A stretch of 64,000 bases of DNA from an uncultured bacterium (GTDB lineage: Bacteria; Krumholzibacteriota; Krumholzibacteriia; LZORAL124-64-63). The DNA lies in the NCBI GenBank assembly GCA_963727525.1, contig CAVSGO010000007.1, positions 1,760,001 through 1,824,000 on the forward strand, in the 5' to 3' direction. A program made the translations under genes and the position numbers. Below, in pieces: positions 39,620-49,481 of this stretch; the first letter of the stretch is position 1; every line of letters begins with the position of its first letter. The notes under the pieces were generated by a model that had not been told where the DNA came from, did not search any database, and was given only the letters and a program-made list of their open reading frames with translations.

Positions 39620-40924
39620 TCACACCTCCTGCAGGGCGAGCCCGGCGGCGGCACCGACGACGAGGGTGGTGGCCTGCGGCCCCACGGCATGCACGCCGAG
39701 CACGTCGCCAGTCTGCGCATCGAAGACAGCGGTGGCGACGGGCGCGGCGCCGTCGGAGCCCGCGCCGGTAGCCAGGCCGACGACGATCACGCGGCCCACG
39801 CGCACCTCGTAACCTTCCGCCCGCGCCTGCTCGGTCGAGAGCCCGACGGTGGCCACCGCGGGGCGGCTGGCGAACCACACCGGCAGCTTGCGGTAGCGGA
39901 TGGGCTCGCGCGTCTGACCCGCCGCGCAGCTCACCGCGGCCAGCGCCTCCGGCGCGGCCACCGAGGCGTAACCCGGCGTGGGCACGAGATCCCCGACGGC
40001 GAAGAGCCCGGGCTCGCCGGTCTGGCACGCGCCGTCCACGAGCACGTGGCCACGGCGATCCGTCTCCACGGTCACGGTGTCGAGCCCCAGCGCGCGGCTG
40101 TCGGGTCGCCGCCCGGTGGCGAGCACCACGCGCTCGACGGTGAGCGTCATCTCCGTGCGCGCGGCCGTGTCGAGCAACGACGCCGTCACGCCGCCGGACG
40201 CCGCCGCGGAGGCGATCAGGCGATGCGACGTGAGCAACCGGACACCCCGCTGCACCAGCGCGGCGGCGAGGGGCTCGGCCACCTCCTCTGGCAGACCGGG
40301 TAGCAGGCGTTCGCGCATCTCCACCAGCGTCACAGCACAGCCGAGGTCGGCGAGGATGCCGGCGACGATCGCTCCAACGGGGCCACCCCCGCTGACGAGG
40401 CAGGTGTTGGGCAGCTCCGCGAGGGCGCGCACCTGCGAGGGGAAGACCAGACGTTCGCCTTCGGCCTCGAGCCCCGCGGGCGGCTCCGGCCGTCCGCCGG
40501 TGACCAGCAGGATATTGCGGGCCGCCATGGCCTCCTCGGCGCGGTCGGGGGTCGTGACCTGCAGCCGCCCCGGTCCGTCCAGCCGGCCCGTGCCATGGCG
40601 CACCGCGACACCTGCCCGAGCGAGCTGAGCCAGGTTGGTCGCGCGTGCCGTGTCGGATATCGCCTGGGCGCGATACTGCAGGAGTTGCCAGTCGTCACGG
40701 GCGGCCACGGGCTTGGGGTCGCCGCGCAGCCCCTGACGATCGGCTAGCCAGAGGTCGACGACCTCGCGCAGGGTGGCCAGCGCCAGCGCGCCGTCATGCC
40801 CCAGGGCCGCCTCGCCGCGCGCCGAGACGAGGACGGTGCGCAGACCGAGCTGGCCACCCCGGATAGCCGCCGTCAGTGCACCGCGGCCGGCTCCCACGAT
40901 GGCGAGATCCCATGGTTCGTTCAT
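39620..40924 (-). CDS. Dihydrolipoamide dehydrogenase-like flavoprotein lacking redox cysteines
   Basis: DLAIVGAG, GGGPVG, ATGRRP, FAVGD and an interface domain; no GGTCxxxGC and no HPTxxE. Confidence 0.75.
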   Translation of the reverse strand: MNEPWDLAIVGAGRGALTAAIRGGQLGLRTVLVSARGEAALGHDGALALATLREVVDLWLADRQGLRGDPKPVAARDDWQLLQYRAQAISDTARATNLAQLARAGVAVRHGTGRLDGPGRLQVTTPDRAEEAMAARNILLVTGGRPEPPAGLEAEGERLVFPSQVRALAELPNTCLVSGGGPVGAIVAGILADLGCAVTLVEMRERLLPGLPEEVAEPLAAALVQRGVRLLTSHRLIASAAASGGVTASLLDTAARTEMTLTVERVVLATGRRPDSRALGLDTVTVETDRRGHVLVDGACQTGEPGLFAVGDLVPTPGYASVAAPEALAAVSCAAGQTREPIRYRKLPVWFASRPAVATVGLSTEQARAEGYEVRVGRVIVVGLATGAGSDGAAPVATAVFDAQTGDVLGVHAVGPQATTLVVGAAAGLALQEV

Positions 40925-41112
40925 CGGCGGCGTCTCCTCGCAGTCGGCGGGCGGTCCGGGGTTCGGCAAACGGCGCCTAACATAGGCGACCGGGGCCGGG
41001 CGCTCAAGAGCGCGCCATCGCACGATACGAGGATATATTGTGTCCTGCATCCTTTGCCACCTCGCGACCACAGAGTGAATCGCGAATCCCCACCGCTCGG
41101 GAGGTTCGATCC

Positions 41113-42081
41113 ATGTCCGAGAAGAAGGTCATTGCCGTCGTCGGAGCCACGGGCATGCAAGGCGGCGGGCTCGTCCGCGCCATCCACGCCGATACTGACA
41201 GCGCGTTCACCGCACGCGCCATCACCCGCGATCCGGGCTCCGGGAAGGCGCAGGCGCTCGCGCGACTGGGCGCCGAAGTCGTGGGCGCCGACGTCGACGA
41301 CGAGGCCAGCCTCGCCCGCGCTTTCGCCGGCGCCCACGGCGCCTACTGCGTGACGTTCTACTGGGAGCACTTCTCGCCGGACAAGGAGAAGGCCCACGCC
41401 GGCAACATGGCGCGGGCCGCGAAAGCCGCGGGTGTCGACCACGTGATCTGGTCGACCCTCGAGGACACGCGCCGGTGGATCCCCCTCTCCGACGACCGTA
41501 TGCCCACGCTCATGGGCGCGTACAAGACGCCGCACTTCGATGCCAAGGGCGAGTCGGACCAGGTCTTCAAGGACCTCGATCTCCCCGTCACGTGTTTGCT
41601 GACGGCGTTCTACTGGGACAACCTCATCCATTTCGGCATGGCGCCGCAGCCGGGACCCGACGGGCAACTCCTCTTCACGCTGCCGATGGGCGACGCGAAG
41701 CTGCCGGGCATCGCCGCCGAGGACATCGGACGCTGCGCGTACGGCGTCTTCCGGAGCGGGAACGAGCTGGTGCGCAAGACGGTGGGCATCGCCGGCGAGC
41801 ACCTCACGGGTGCGGAGATGGCCGCCGCCCTCGCGCGGGTGCTGGGTCGCGACGTGCGCTACAACGCCGTGTCGCCGGAGGTGTACCGCGGCTTCGGATT
41901 TCCCGGCGCCGACGACCTGGGCAACATGTTCCAGTTCAAGCACGACTTCACCGAGTATTACTGCGGCGCGCGCGACATCGCCTTCTCGCGCACGCTGAAT
42001 CCGCAGTTGCAGACCTTCGCCGGCTGGCTCGAGGCCCATCGCGAGCAGATCGCGCTGGCGGCCCGTAGCGCCAGCGCGTGA
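41113..42081 (+). CDS. NmrA/HSCARG family protein
   Basis: VVGATGMQGG, WSTLE, PHFDAK and FYWDN. Confidence 0.92.
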   Translation: MSEKKVIAVVGATGMQGGGLVRAIHADTDSAFTARAITRDPGSGKAQALARLGAEVVGADVDDEASLARAFAGAHGAYCVTFYWEHFSPDKEKAHAGNMARAAKAAGVDHVIWSTLEDTRRWIPLSDDRMPTLMGAYKTPHFDAKGESDQVFKDLDLPVTCLLTAFYWDNLIHFGMAPQPGPDGQLLFTLPMGDAKLPGIAAEDIGRCAYGVFRSGNELVRKTVGIAGEHLTGAEMAAALARVLGRDVRYNAVSPEVYRGFGFPGADDLGNMFQFKHDFTEYYCGARDIAFSRTLNPQLQTFAGWLEAHREQIALAARSASA

Positions 42082-42095
42082 GCAACGGGCCGCGA

Positions 42096-42124
42096 TTGAC
42101 TCGGAGCGCATGACTTTCTATCAT
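42096..42124 (+). promoter_or_regulatory. Sigma-70 promoter of etfBA
   Basis: TTGACT-N17-TATCAT. Confidence 0.7.
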
Positions 42125-42211
42125 GGGTTCGCGGCCGTCCGCGGCGCCCGCCGGGTGCCGCGCGCGTTCCCGTTAGCCCGCTTCCAAGCGATCCGCGCCG
42201 AAGGAGAACCC

Positions 42212-42994
42212 ATGAAGATCGCCGTCTGCGTGAAGCAGGTCCCCGATTCGGAAACCCGGATCAACCTGTCCGCGCCTGCCCCGACCCTGGATCAGTCGAG
42301 CTTCACGCGCATCGTCAACCCGTACGATCAGTACGCGGTCGAGGAAGCCGTGCGGATCAAGGAAAAGCTCGGCAACGTCGAGGTGACCGCCATCACCGTC
42401 GGCCCGCAGGACAAGGTCCGCGAGATGCTCAAGAAGGACTGCCTGGCCATCGGCTGCGACAAGGCCATCATCGTGTCCGACCCGGCTCTCGACGGCGCCG
42501 ACGGATTCGCCATCGCCCAGACGCTGGCCGCGGTGCTGGGGCGCGACGAGTACGACCTCGTCCTCTTCGGCATCAAGGCCATCGACGACGACAGCAGCCA
42601 GGTGGGCGTGATGGTGGCCGAGCTGCTCGGTCTGCCCCATGTGGGCTACATCGGCAAGCTCGACCTGCAGGCCACATCGCTCACCGCGCAGCGCGAGATC
42701 GAGGGAGGCAAAGAGATCGTCGAGAGCCCGCTGCCCGCGGTGCTCACCTGCGGCAAGGGTCTGAACGAGCCGCGCCTGCCGAGCCTGCCGAACATCATGA
42801 AGGCCGGCATGAAGCCCGTGGAAGTGCTCGACTGCGCCGGACTGGGCATCCCCGCACCAACCTCGCTCACCGAGGTAACGCAGTACAGCCCGCCGCCGCC
42901 TCGTGGCACCTGCACCATGATTCCGGCCGACGATCCCGTCGCCGCCGCCAAGGAACTCGCGCGCCTGCTCCACGAGGACGCCAAGGTCATCTAG
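42212..42994 (+). CDS. etfB: Electron transfer flavoprotein beta subunit
   Basis: MKIAVCVKQVPD, NPYDQYAVEEA, AIDDDSSQVG and NEPRLPSL. Confidence 0.96.
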   Translation: MKIAVCVKQVPDSETRINLSAPAPTLDQSSFTRIVNPYDQYAVEEAVRIKEKLGNVEVTAITVGPQDKVREMLKKDCLAIGCDKAIIVSDPALDGADGFAIAQTLAAVLGRDEYDLVLFGIKAIDDDSSQVGVMVAELLGLPHVGYIGKLDLQATSLTAQREIEGGKEIVESPLPAVLTCGKGLNEPRLPSLPNIMKAGMKPVEVLDCAGLGIPAPTSLTEVTQYSPPPPRGTCTMIPADDPVAAAKELARLLHEDAKVI

Positions 42995-43018
42995 ATCTCA
43001 TCGGGAAAGGACGAGACC

Positions 43019-43990
43019 ATGCCGAACATCGCCGTATTCATCGAGCAGCGCGGCGGCGAGATCAAGAAAGTCGCCTGGCAGATGCTCAGCGAGGCGCGGC
43101 GCCTGACCGACCAGCATGGCGGCGAGGTCACCGCGGTGCACCTGCACGCCGCCGACTGCGTGCTCGCCGAGGAGGCGGGCAAGCACGGCGCGCACAAGGT
43201 GGCCATCGGCGCCGACCCCGCCTTCAAGCAGTACGACAATGAAATGTGGACCACGGCGCTCGCCACCTACCTCCAGGCGCACGAGACGGACGTCCTGCTC
43301 CTGGCCGCCACCGCCATGGGCAAGGACCTCGCGCCCCGGCTGGCGGCACGCCTGAAGGCCGCGTGCATCAGCGACGCGATCGGCATCACGTGGGACGGCG
43401 CGGTCACCGTACGGCGTCCCATCTTCGCGGGCAAGTGCTACGCCGACGTGAAGGCGAAGACGAAGCTCGCCGTCGTCGGTATCCGGCCCAACGCATTCGC
43501 GGTGGCCGAGTTCACCACCGCCGCGACGGCCACCACCTTCGATGCCGGGATCGGTGGCACAGCACCGAAGGCCCGTGTCACGTCGGTGGAGGCCAGCGCC
43601 GGCGCCAAGGTCACGCTCACCGAGGCGGAAGTCGTGGTGTCCGGCGGCCGCGGCATCAAGGGCCCGGAGAACTACGTGCTCATCGAGAACCTCGCCAACG
43701 CACTCGGCGCCGCCGCGGGTGCCAGCCGCGCCATCGTCGATGCCGGCTGGATCGACTATCCGCACCAGGTGGGTCAGACGGGCAAGACCGTCGCGCCCAA
43801 TCTGTACGTGGCCTGCGGAATCAGCGGCGCCATCCAGCACCTGGCGGGCATGAGCTCGAGCAAATGCATCGTGGCCATCAACAAGGACGCCAACGCCCCC
43901 ATCTTCAAGGTGGCCGACTACGGCATCGTGGGCGACCTCTTCCAGGTCGTGCCCGCGCTCACGGATGCGGTACACGCGATTCGCAGCTAG
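43019..43990 (+). CDS. etfA: Electron transfer flavoprotein alpha subunit
   Basis: [29 protein letters not shown] and AINKD. Confidence 0.97.
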   Translation: MPNIAVFIEQRGGEIKKVAWQMLSEARRLTDQHGGEVTAVHLHAADCVLAEEAGKHGAHKVAIGADPAFKQYDNEMWTTALATYLQAHETDVLLLAATAMGKDLAPRLAARLKAACISDAIGITWDGAVTVRRPIFAGKCYADVKAKTKLAVVGIRPNAFAVAEFTTAATATTFDAGIGGTAPKARVTSVEASAGAKVTLTEAEVVVSGGRGIKGPENYVLIENLANALGAAAGASRAIVDAGWIDYPHQVGQTGKTVAPNLYVACGISGAIQHLAGMSSSKCIVAINKDANAPIFKVADYGIVGDLFQVVPALTDAVHAIRS

Positions 43991-44023
43991 CACCCGCGCC
44001 GCAAAGACGTACCACGCGGACCC

Positions 44024-44057
44024 GTGAAGGGCCGCTCCCCCGGGAGCGGCCCTTCGC
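44024..44057. terminator. Hairpin between etfA and the convergent TPR gene
   Basis: GTGAAGGGCCGCTCCC / GGGAGCGGCCCTTCGC. Confidence 0.7.
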
Positions 44058-44079
44058 GGTCTTGCAACGGTGGGACGCG

Positions 44080-44934
44080 TCAGGGCTGGTCGTTGCCGCG
44101 CAACAGGTCCCAGACTTCCCGTACGTCGACGCCAGCACGCTCCGCCTTCGCGGCATGGCTATAGGCGTCAAGGTAGTTCTGCTGGTGGCCACACGCGACG
44201 GCGAGGTACGCATGGGCCAGCGCGTCCTCCGGGTCCAGCGTCAAGGCCTCGTGGCATGCCTGCTTGGCGGCGTCGTACTGGTGCATGCGGCAGAGCAGCC
44301 CCGCACGGTGGCTGTAGACGGTGGCCAGGTTCGGATCGAGCGCCTGGGCCTGGCCGTAGCTGCCGAAGGCGTCCTTGCTGCGTCCCAGTTTTTCCTGCGT
44401 CTCGCCCAGGGCCACGAGGAGCGGAGCCGTGTCGCCGGCACCCAGGAATTCTCGGCACTGGCGCTCGGCCTCGCGGGCCTGACCCGCGGCCGCAAGGCAC
44501 GTGACCAGCCGGAACTGGGCGTCCCCCGCGCCGGCGTCGCAAGCCAGCGCCGTGCGGAAGCACGCGAGCGCGCTGTCGCGCCAGCCGAGCCGCCAGTACA
44601 CCTCGCCCAGCAATGTGTGTCCGTCGGGGTCGCGACCGTCGAAGCCGAGGGCGGCCTGGGCCGCGCGCTCGGCCACGTCGAGATCACCCGCTCGCAACGC
44701 GCGGTGGCCGATCGAGATGAGCAGCGCGACCGACGGCAATTCCGTCACATCGGGTGCGAGGGAGCGGATCACGCCCACCAGATCCTGATCCGCGCGGGGC
44801 TGGACGGCGTCCCGGGCCGGTGGCCCTGTCGTGTCGACGACATTCGGCGGTGTCGCGGCGACCGCGGTCCCCTGCACCAGCAGGATCACGAGCAGAGTGC
44901 TGCAACATGCAGCCAGGCGAAGATGAGGTGGCAT
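44080..44934 (-). CDS. Secreted TPR protein
   Basis: Signal peptide and TPRs (HTLLGEVY, LDPNLATVY, LDPEDALAHAYLA). Confidence 0.75.
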   Translation of the reverse strand: MPPHLRLAACCSTLLVILLVQGTAVAATPPNVVDTTGPPARDAVQPRADQDLVGVIRSLAPDVTELPSVALLISIGHRALRAGDLDVAERAAQAALGFDGRDPDGHTLLGEVYWRLGWRDSALACFRTALACDAGAGDAQFRLVTCLAAAGQAREAERQCREFLGAGDTAPLLVALGETQEKLGRSKDAFGSYGQAQALDPNLATVYSHRAGLLCRMHQYDAAKQACHEALTLDPEDALAHAYLAVACGHQQNYLDAYSHAAKAERAGVDVREVWDLLRGNDQP

Positions 44935-45175
44935 GGAACGACTCCCCTGGTAGCGCCCGGTCGGGCGCGTTGCACGACTGGTGATGTCGAAATCGGGGTG
45001 TTCCAAGAGGCGTGCCACGTCGTGTGCCCTCACGTGAGGAGACTCCGCGGCACCGAGCGGAATTGCGCCGTTTTTTCATCCGATTTGACGAGAGGAAAGT
45101 CAGGCCTCAAGTTTGTCGCCGAATCCGCGAAAACAGGACCACGGCAACCCTCGCTCGCCCCCCGAGGTCGACCAG

Positions 45176-45571
45176 ATGCAAGACGAACGATTTGTCCGCT
45201 GCCCGTGCTGCGAGACGTGGTTCTCGCAGGACGAGGTCCTGACGTCGCCAGAGATCCAGCCCATCGGGATGATGCTCGAGGACACCGATCCCCGCTGGAA
45301 CTTCTTCGTCTTCAACCACGCCGTCGCGGGATGCGGCAGTACGTTCGCGATGAGCGTCGACCTCTTCCGAGCCTGCATCACGGATCCGGTGCCCGAGGTG
45401 ATCTGCACCGGCACCACCGATTGCGAACGCCATTGTACCATGCTCGGGGATCTCGAGATCTGCCGCGTGAACTGCCACTGGGCGCCCTACCGGCGACTCC
45501 TGCAACAGATGCTCGCGACGCGCCGGGCAAACGCGCCGTCGCCAGCGACGATCCCGCCGAGCGAAGCCTGA
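45176..45571 (+). CDS. Small Cys-rich putative metal-binding protein
   Basis: CPCC, NHAVAGCGST, C.GTTDC.RHC and C.VNC. Confidence 0.65.
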   Translation: MQDERFVRCPCCETWFSQDEVLTSPEIQPIGMMLEDTDPRWNFFVFNHAVAGCGSTFAMSVDLFRACITDPVPEVICTGTTDCERHCTMLGDLEICRVNCHWAPYRRLLQQMLATRRANAPSPATIPPSEA

Positions 45572-45581
45572 CGACGGTCGC

Positions 45582-46658
45582 TCAATCCGCCGCGCGTCGC
45601 GCCCCCACGGGCTTGCCGGCCAGACGGGCCTCGGTCTCGGCAATGGCCTCGTCGGCATCGGCGACGATCTCGGCGAGGATCTCGCGCAGCGGTTGCACGC
45701 GACGGCAGAGCCCCACCGACTGACCGGCCATGAGCGAGCCGGTCTCCACGTTGCCCTCGACGGCGGCCTCGCGCAGGCTGCCAACCCAGTAGTGCTCCAC
45801 CTCGTACTGCGCATCCTGCCGGTTCAGCTCGCCCGCCTGCAGCCTCCCGAGCAGCTCGAGCTGCAGCGTGCCGAAATGCTCCATGGCCGGATTGTTGAGC
45901 GCGCGCACGGCCACCACCGGCAGCTTGCTGCTGTACTGGGGCGTGGAGATGGCCTCGCGAGCACGGGCCTTGATGAAGATCTCCTTGAAGCGCGGATGCG
46001 CCCGGCATTCCTCGGCCATCACGAAGCGCGTGCCCATCTGGGCGCCCGCGGCCCCCATCAAACCGAGATGCCCGATCAACTTGCCGGTCGCGATGCCGCC
46101 GGCGACGAAGATCGGCACTTCTTCGCCGAACTGGAAGAGGATCTCCTGCAGCAGGACCACCGTGGACACGTGGCCGATATGACCGCCCGCCTCACTGCCC
46201 TCCAGGATGAGTCCGTCGGCGCCGTAGTCCAGCATGCGCTTGGCGATCGTGTCGGTCGAGGCGAAGCACAGCACCTTGGCGCCACTCCTCTTGGCCTTCC
46301 CCACCTCGCTCTCGCGCGGGATCGAGCCGGCGAAGACGATGTGCGTGACACGGGCGTTGCACAGGATCTCGAGATGGGCCTGGTAATTGGGGGCGATGGT
46401 GATGAGGTTGCCAGCGAAGGGACGGTCGGTCATCGCCCGGGTCTGCTCCACGTACTCGGCGAAGGTCGCGGGGGGCATGTTGCCGGCAGCGAGGCACCCG
46501 AAGGCTCCGTGGTTGCTCATCAGCGACACCAGGTGCGGTTCGCTGATCCAGGTCATGGCACCGCACATGAGGGGCAGCTCGCTGCCCAGGAACTCCCGGC
46601 CGCGCGCAAAGACGCGGTCCAGGCGCGGAGTCGACTGCACGGGATCATACGAACTCAT
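45582..46658 (-). CDS. FabK / nitronate monooxygenase family flavoprotein
   Basis: GAMTWIS, EGSEAGGHIG, AGGIA, GAQMGTRF and GSLMAGQS. Confidence 0.9.
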   Translation of the reverse strand: MSSYDPVQSTPRLDRVFARGREFLGSELPLMCGAMTWISEPHLVSLMSNHGAFGCLAAGNMPPATFAEYVEQTRAMTDRPFAGNLITIAPNYQAHLEILCNARVTHIVFAGSIPRESEVGKAKRSGAKVLCFASTDTIAKRMLDYGADGLILEGSEAGGHIGHVSTVVLLQEILFQFGEEVPIFVAGGIATGKLIGHLGLMGAAGAQMGTRFVMAEECRAHPRFKEIFIKARAREAISTPQYSSKLPVVAVRALNNPAMEHFGTLQLELLGRLQAGELNRQDAQYEVEHYWVGSLREAAVEGNVETGSLMAGQSVGLCRRVQPLREILAEIVADADEAIAETEARLAGKPVGARRAAD

Positions 46659-46737
46659 CACACGCTCCTCGCGACCAACGGTTCCCGGGGTGAACACCCG
46701 CACACGATAATCGCGCGGACGGCGGCGGCCAGTGGGA

Positions 46738-48240
46738 TCAGGCCTCCGCGGTGAGGCCCGGCGGGCCGGGATAGTAGTCCTCGAGAACCGGGAAGTCGTC
46801 GAGACTGCGGTGCAACGCCGCCTCCAGGAAGGCGTTGACCCACCAGAAGACGTCCTGCCGGCGTACCGACTGGCGCAGGCGGCGCATGCGCCGGCGCCGC
46901 TCATCGGACGGCATGATGCAGGCGTCATGGATGGCCGTGGCCATGCCCTCGATATCGTGGGGATTCACCACGATGACATGGCGGTGGAGCTGGGCCGTGG
47001 CCCCGGCGAACTCGCTGAGCACGAGTGCGCCCTGCTCGTCGTGGTCGGCGGCGATGTACTCCTTGGCCACCAGGTTCATGCCGTCCTTCCAGGGCGTGAC
47101 GAGCATGACCTCGGCGGTGCGGTAGTACGCCAGGAGCTGGGTGCGTTCGATGCTCCTGTACATGTAGTGCAACGGCACCCAGCCGGGCCGCGTGAACTCG
47201 CCGTTGATCTTCCCGACGAGGCGATCCAGTTCCTCCTTCAGGTTGCTGTAATGCGGAATGTCCCAGCGGCTCGGCACCACCACCTGCACCAGCGTCACCC
47301 TCCCCTGCAAGTCGGGGTACCGGCGCAGCGCCGCCCGGTAGGCACGCAGCTTGTCCGGCAGCCCCTTCGTGTAGTCGAGACGATCGACGCCGAGAATGAT
47401 CTGACGGTCGGGAAAGTTCTCGTGCACGTACCAGGCCTGTTCCGCCACGGCATCGCTGGCCGAATCGCGGGCGAAGGCGGCGTAGTCGATGCTGATGGGA
47501 AAGACCCCGACCTGGATGTCGCGATTGCGAAAATTGATGGTGGTTCCCGCGCCCTGGCTGCGCACGACCGTCTCGTCCTTGTAGAGCGCGCGCACGCAGC
47601 CCACGAAGTTACGCCGGTCGCGGCGCGATTGGAAGCCGATGAGGTCGTGCGCCAGCAGATCTGCCAGGACCTGGTGCCGCCACGGCAACTTCAGGAAGAT
47701 GTCGACCGGCGGGAACGGGATGTGCAGGAAGAACCCGAGGCGTTCCTCGATACCCGCCTGGCGCAGATGCGCCGCCACCTGCATGAGGTGGTAGTCGTGA
47801 ATCCAGACGAAGTCGCGCGGACGCAGCCGGTTGATGACGGCCTCGGCAAATCGCGCGTTCACCTCCTTGTAGACCTCCCACGATCGCGGGGCGAAGCGGC
47901 AGAGCACCTGCATGTCGTGGAAGAGCGGCCAGATGATCTCGTTGCTGAAACCGCGGTAGTAGTGCCGCTTCTCGTCGGCGTCGAGGAAGACCGGCACCAG
48001 GTCGTAACCTGTGTTGGGGGTGGATCCGGCGATGGCTTCGCGCAGGGAATCGGTGGGCGGTTCGGTGGTGCCGGGCCAGCCGATCCACAAGCCGCCGCGA
48101 TCGCGCAGCACCGGCGCCAGCGCCGTCACCAGACCGCCACTGCCCGGCGCGATGCGCCAGTTGTCCTTGGTGCGCTCCATGATGATGGGCAGCCGGTTGG
48201 AGACGATGACGAGTCGGGTCGTGGTCGGATCACTATCCAT
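46738..48240 (-). CDS. otsA: Trehalose-6-phosphate synthase (GT20)
   Basis: VSNRLP, GGLVTAL, WIGWPG, WIHDYHL, HIPFP, DRLDYTKG and DGMNLVAKEY. Confidence 0.93.
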   Translation of the reverse strand: MDSDPTTTRLVIVSNRLPIIMERTKDNWRIAPGSGGLVTALAPVLRDRGGLWIGWPGTTEPPTDSLREAIAGSTPNTGYDLVPVFLDADEKRHYYRGFSNEIIWPLFHDMQVLCRFAPRSWEVYKEVNARFAEAVINRLRPRDFVWIHDYHLMQVAAHLRQAGIEERLGFFLHIPFPPVDIFLKLPWRHQVLADLLAHDLIGFQSRRDRRNFVGCVRALYKDETVVRSQGAGTTINFRNRDIQVGVFPISIDYAAFARDSASDAVAEQAWYVHENFPDRQIILGVDRLDYTKGLPDKLRAYRAALRRYPDLQGRVTLVQVVVPSRWDIPHYSNLKEELDRLVGKINGEFTRPGWVPLHYMYRSIERTQLLAYYRTAEVMLVTPWKDGMNLVAKEYIAADHDEQGALVLSEFAGATAQLHRHVIVVNPHDIEGMATAIHDACIMPSDERRRRMRRLRQSVRRQDVFWWVNAFLEAALHRSLDDFPVLEDYYPGPPGLTAEA

Positions 48241-49481
48241 TACGCCACCTCGATGCGGCCGTCGAGCCCGTGGAGCAGACCATGGATCAACGTCAGATAC
48301 TCCACCAGGTGCCGCGTGAGCAGGAAGTTCTCGCGGATGAAGGCGTGTGCCTTGCGTCCCATAGCCATGCGCAGGTCCGGGTGGGACAGGAGATACCGGA
48401 TACGCAGCGACGCGCCTTCGGGCGTGTCGACCAGGAATCCGGTATGATGATTGGCGATTTGCAGGCGAATGCCGCCGGTGTTGCCGCCCAGCACCGGCTT
48501 GCCCTTCCACAACGCCTCGGTGACGGTGAGGCCGAAGCCCTCGCGTATCGACTTCTGCAGGACGATGTCGCTGAGCCGCTGCAAGGCATTGATCGTGCGA
48601 TGCGCGTCAGCGGGCAACAGCAGGATCCGCACGTCTTCGTCGTCGCCAGCCACCGCCTGCACTTCCTGCAGCACCGCCGCGCCCTCGGGATCATCGGTGG
48701 CCTCGCCTCCAGCCAGCACGAGTTGTAGAGACGGTACGTAACGTTTGGCAAGCTGGTAGGCGCGGACCACACCGACCGGATCCTTGAAACGATCGAAGCG
48801 GCTGATCTGCGTCAACAGGAACTTCTGCGGGTCGAGGTTGAAGCGCTGGCGCACCGACTCCATCTCGGCCGACTCGAGGTCCACGTTCTTGTCGCTCAGC
48901 GGATCGATGCTCGGCGGGATGAGGAACTGCGGATGCGGCAGGCGCTGAGTGAAATCGGGCAGCGAGAAGATGCTCGCGTCATAAGGTGCCACGTGCTTGC
49001 GCAGGTACTTCCATACCGGGCGGTACGGTCGGCTGGCGTCGATATGGCATCGCCACACCCACTTGCCCTTGCGCTCGGGAATGAGCCCCAGCAGCGGGGC
49101 CGGTTGCGGATCGTGGATCACCACCACGTCGGCCTCGCGCAGCGTGTCGCGAAGCATGTCAGCGTTGCGCGCGTTCGTGGACTCGTACGCGTCGATCAGC
49201 TCCTGCGACACCTGCTCGGCATTGCCCTGCAGCCCGTTGTGGAATTTCTTCGTGCAGGCGAAGAAGGGGTCATCGCCGAGGATCACGTCCCAGCGGCAGT
49301 CGAGCCCCAGTTCGTTGCAGAACGGCACCAGCTTGGTGAGGATCTCAGCCACGCCACCGCCCAGGCGCGTGGAATTCACGTGCACGAGGCGCAGGCCGCG
49401 CAGCGGGCGCGCCAGCGCCTGGAGCTGTTCGATGACGTCGGCACCGGCCACGGCGGCGTAACCGTCGAGAAACGCACTCAC
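48240..49481 (-). CDS. treT: Trehalose glycosyltransferring synthase (TreT-like GT4)
   Basis: HVNST..GGGVAE, HDPQP, WRCHID, PSIDPLSDKN, SRFDRFKD and QKSIREGFGLTVTEA. Confidence 0.88.
   Translation of the reverse strand: MSAFLDGYAAVAGADVIEQLQALARPLRGLRLVHVNSTRLGGGVAEILTKLVPFCNELGLDCRWDVILGDDPFFACTKKFHNGLQGNAEQVSQELIDAYESTNARNADMLRDTLREADVVVIHDPQPAPLLGLIPERKGKWVWRCHIDASRPYRPVWKYLRKHVAPYDASIFSLPDFTQRLPHPQFLIPPSIDPLSDKNVDLESAEMESVRQRFNLDPQKFLLTQISRFDRFKDPVGVVRAYQLAKRYVPSLQLVLAGGEATDDPEGAAVLQEVQAVAGDDEDVRILLLPADAHRTINALQRLSDIVLQKSIREGFGLTVTEALWKGKPVLGGNTGGIRLQIANHHTGFLVDTPEGASLRIRYLLSHPDLRMAMGRKAHAFIRENFLLTRHLVEYLTLIHGLLHGLDGRIEVA

Noticed and set aside
40973-40988. CGCCTAACATAGGCG and GTTAGGC (50221) resembling integron attC ends
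   Set aside because: Isolated short hairpin or motif, with no paired R boxes at proper spacing, no cassette array and no integrase.
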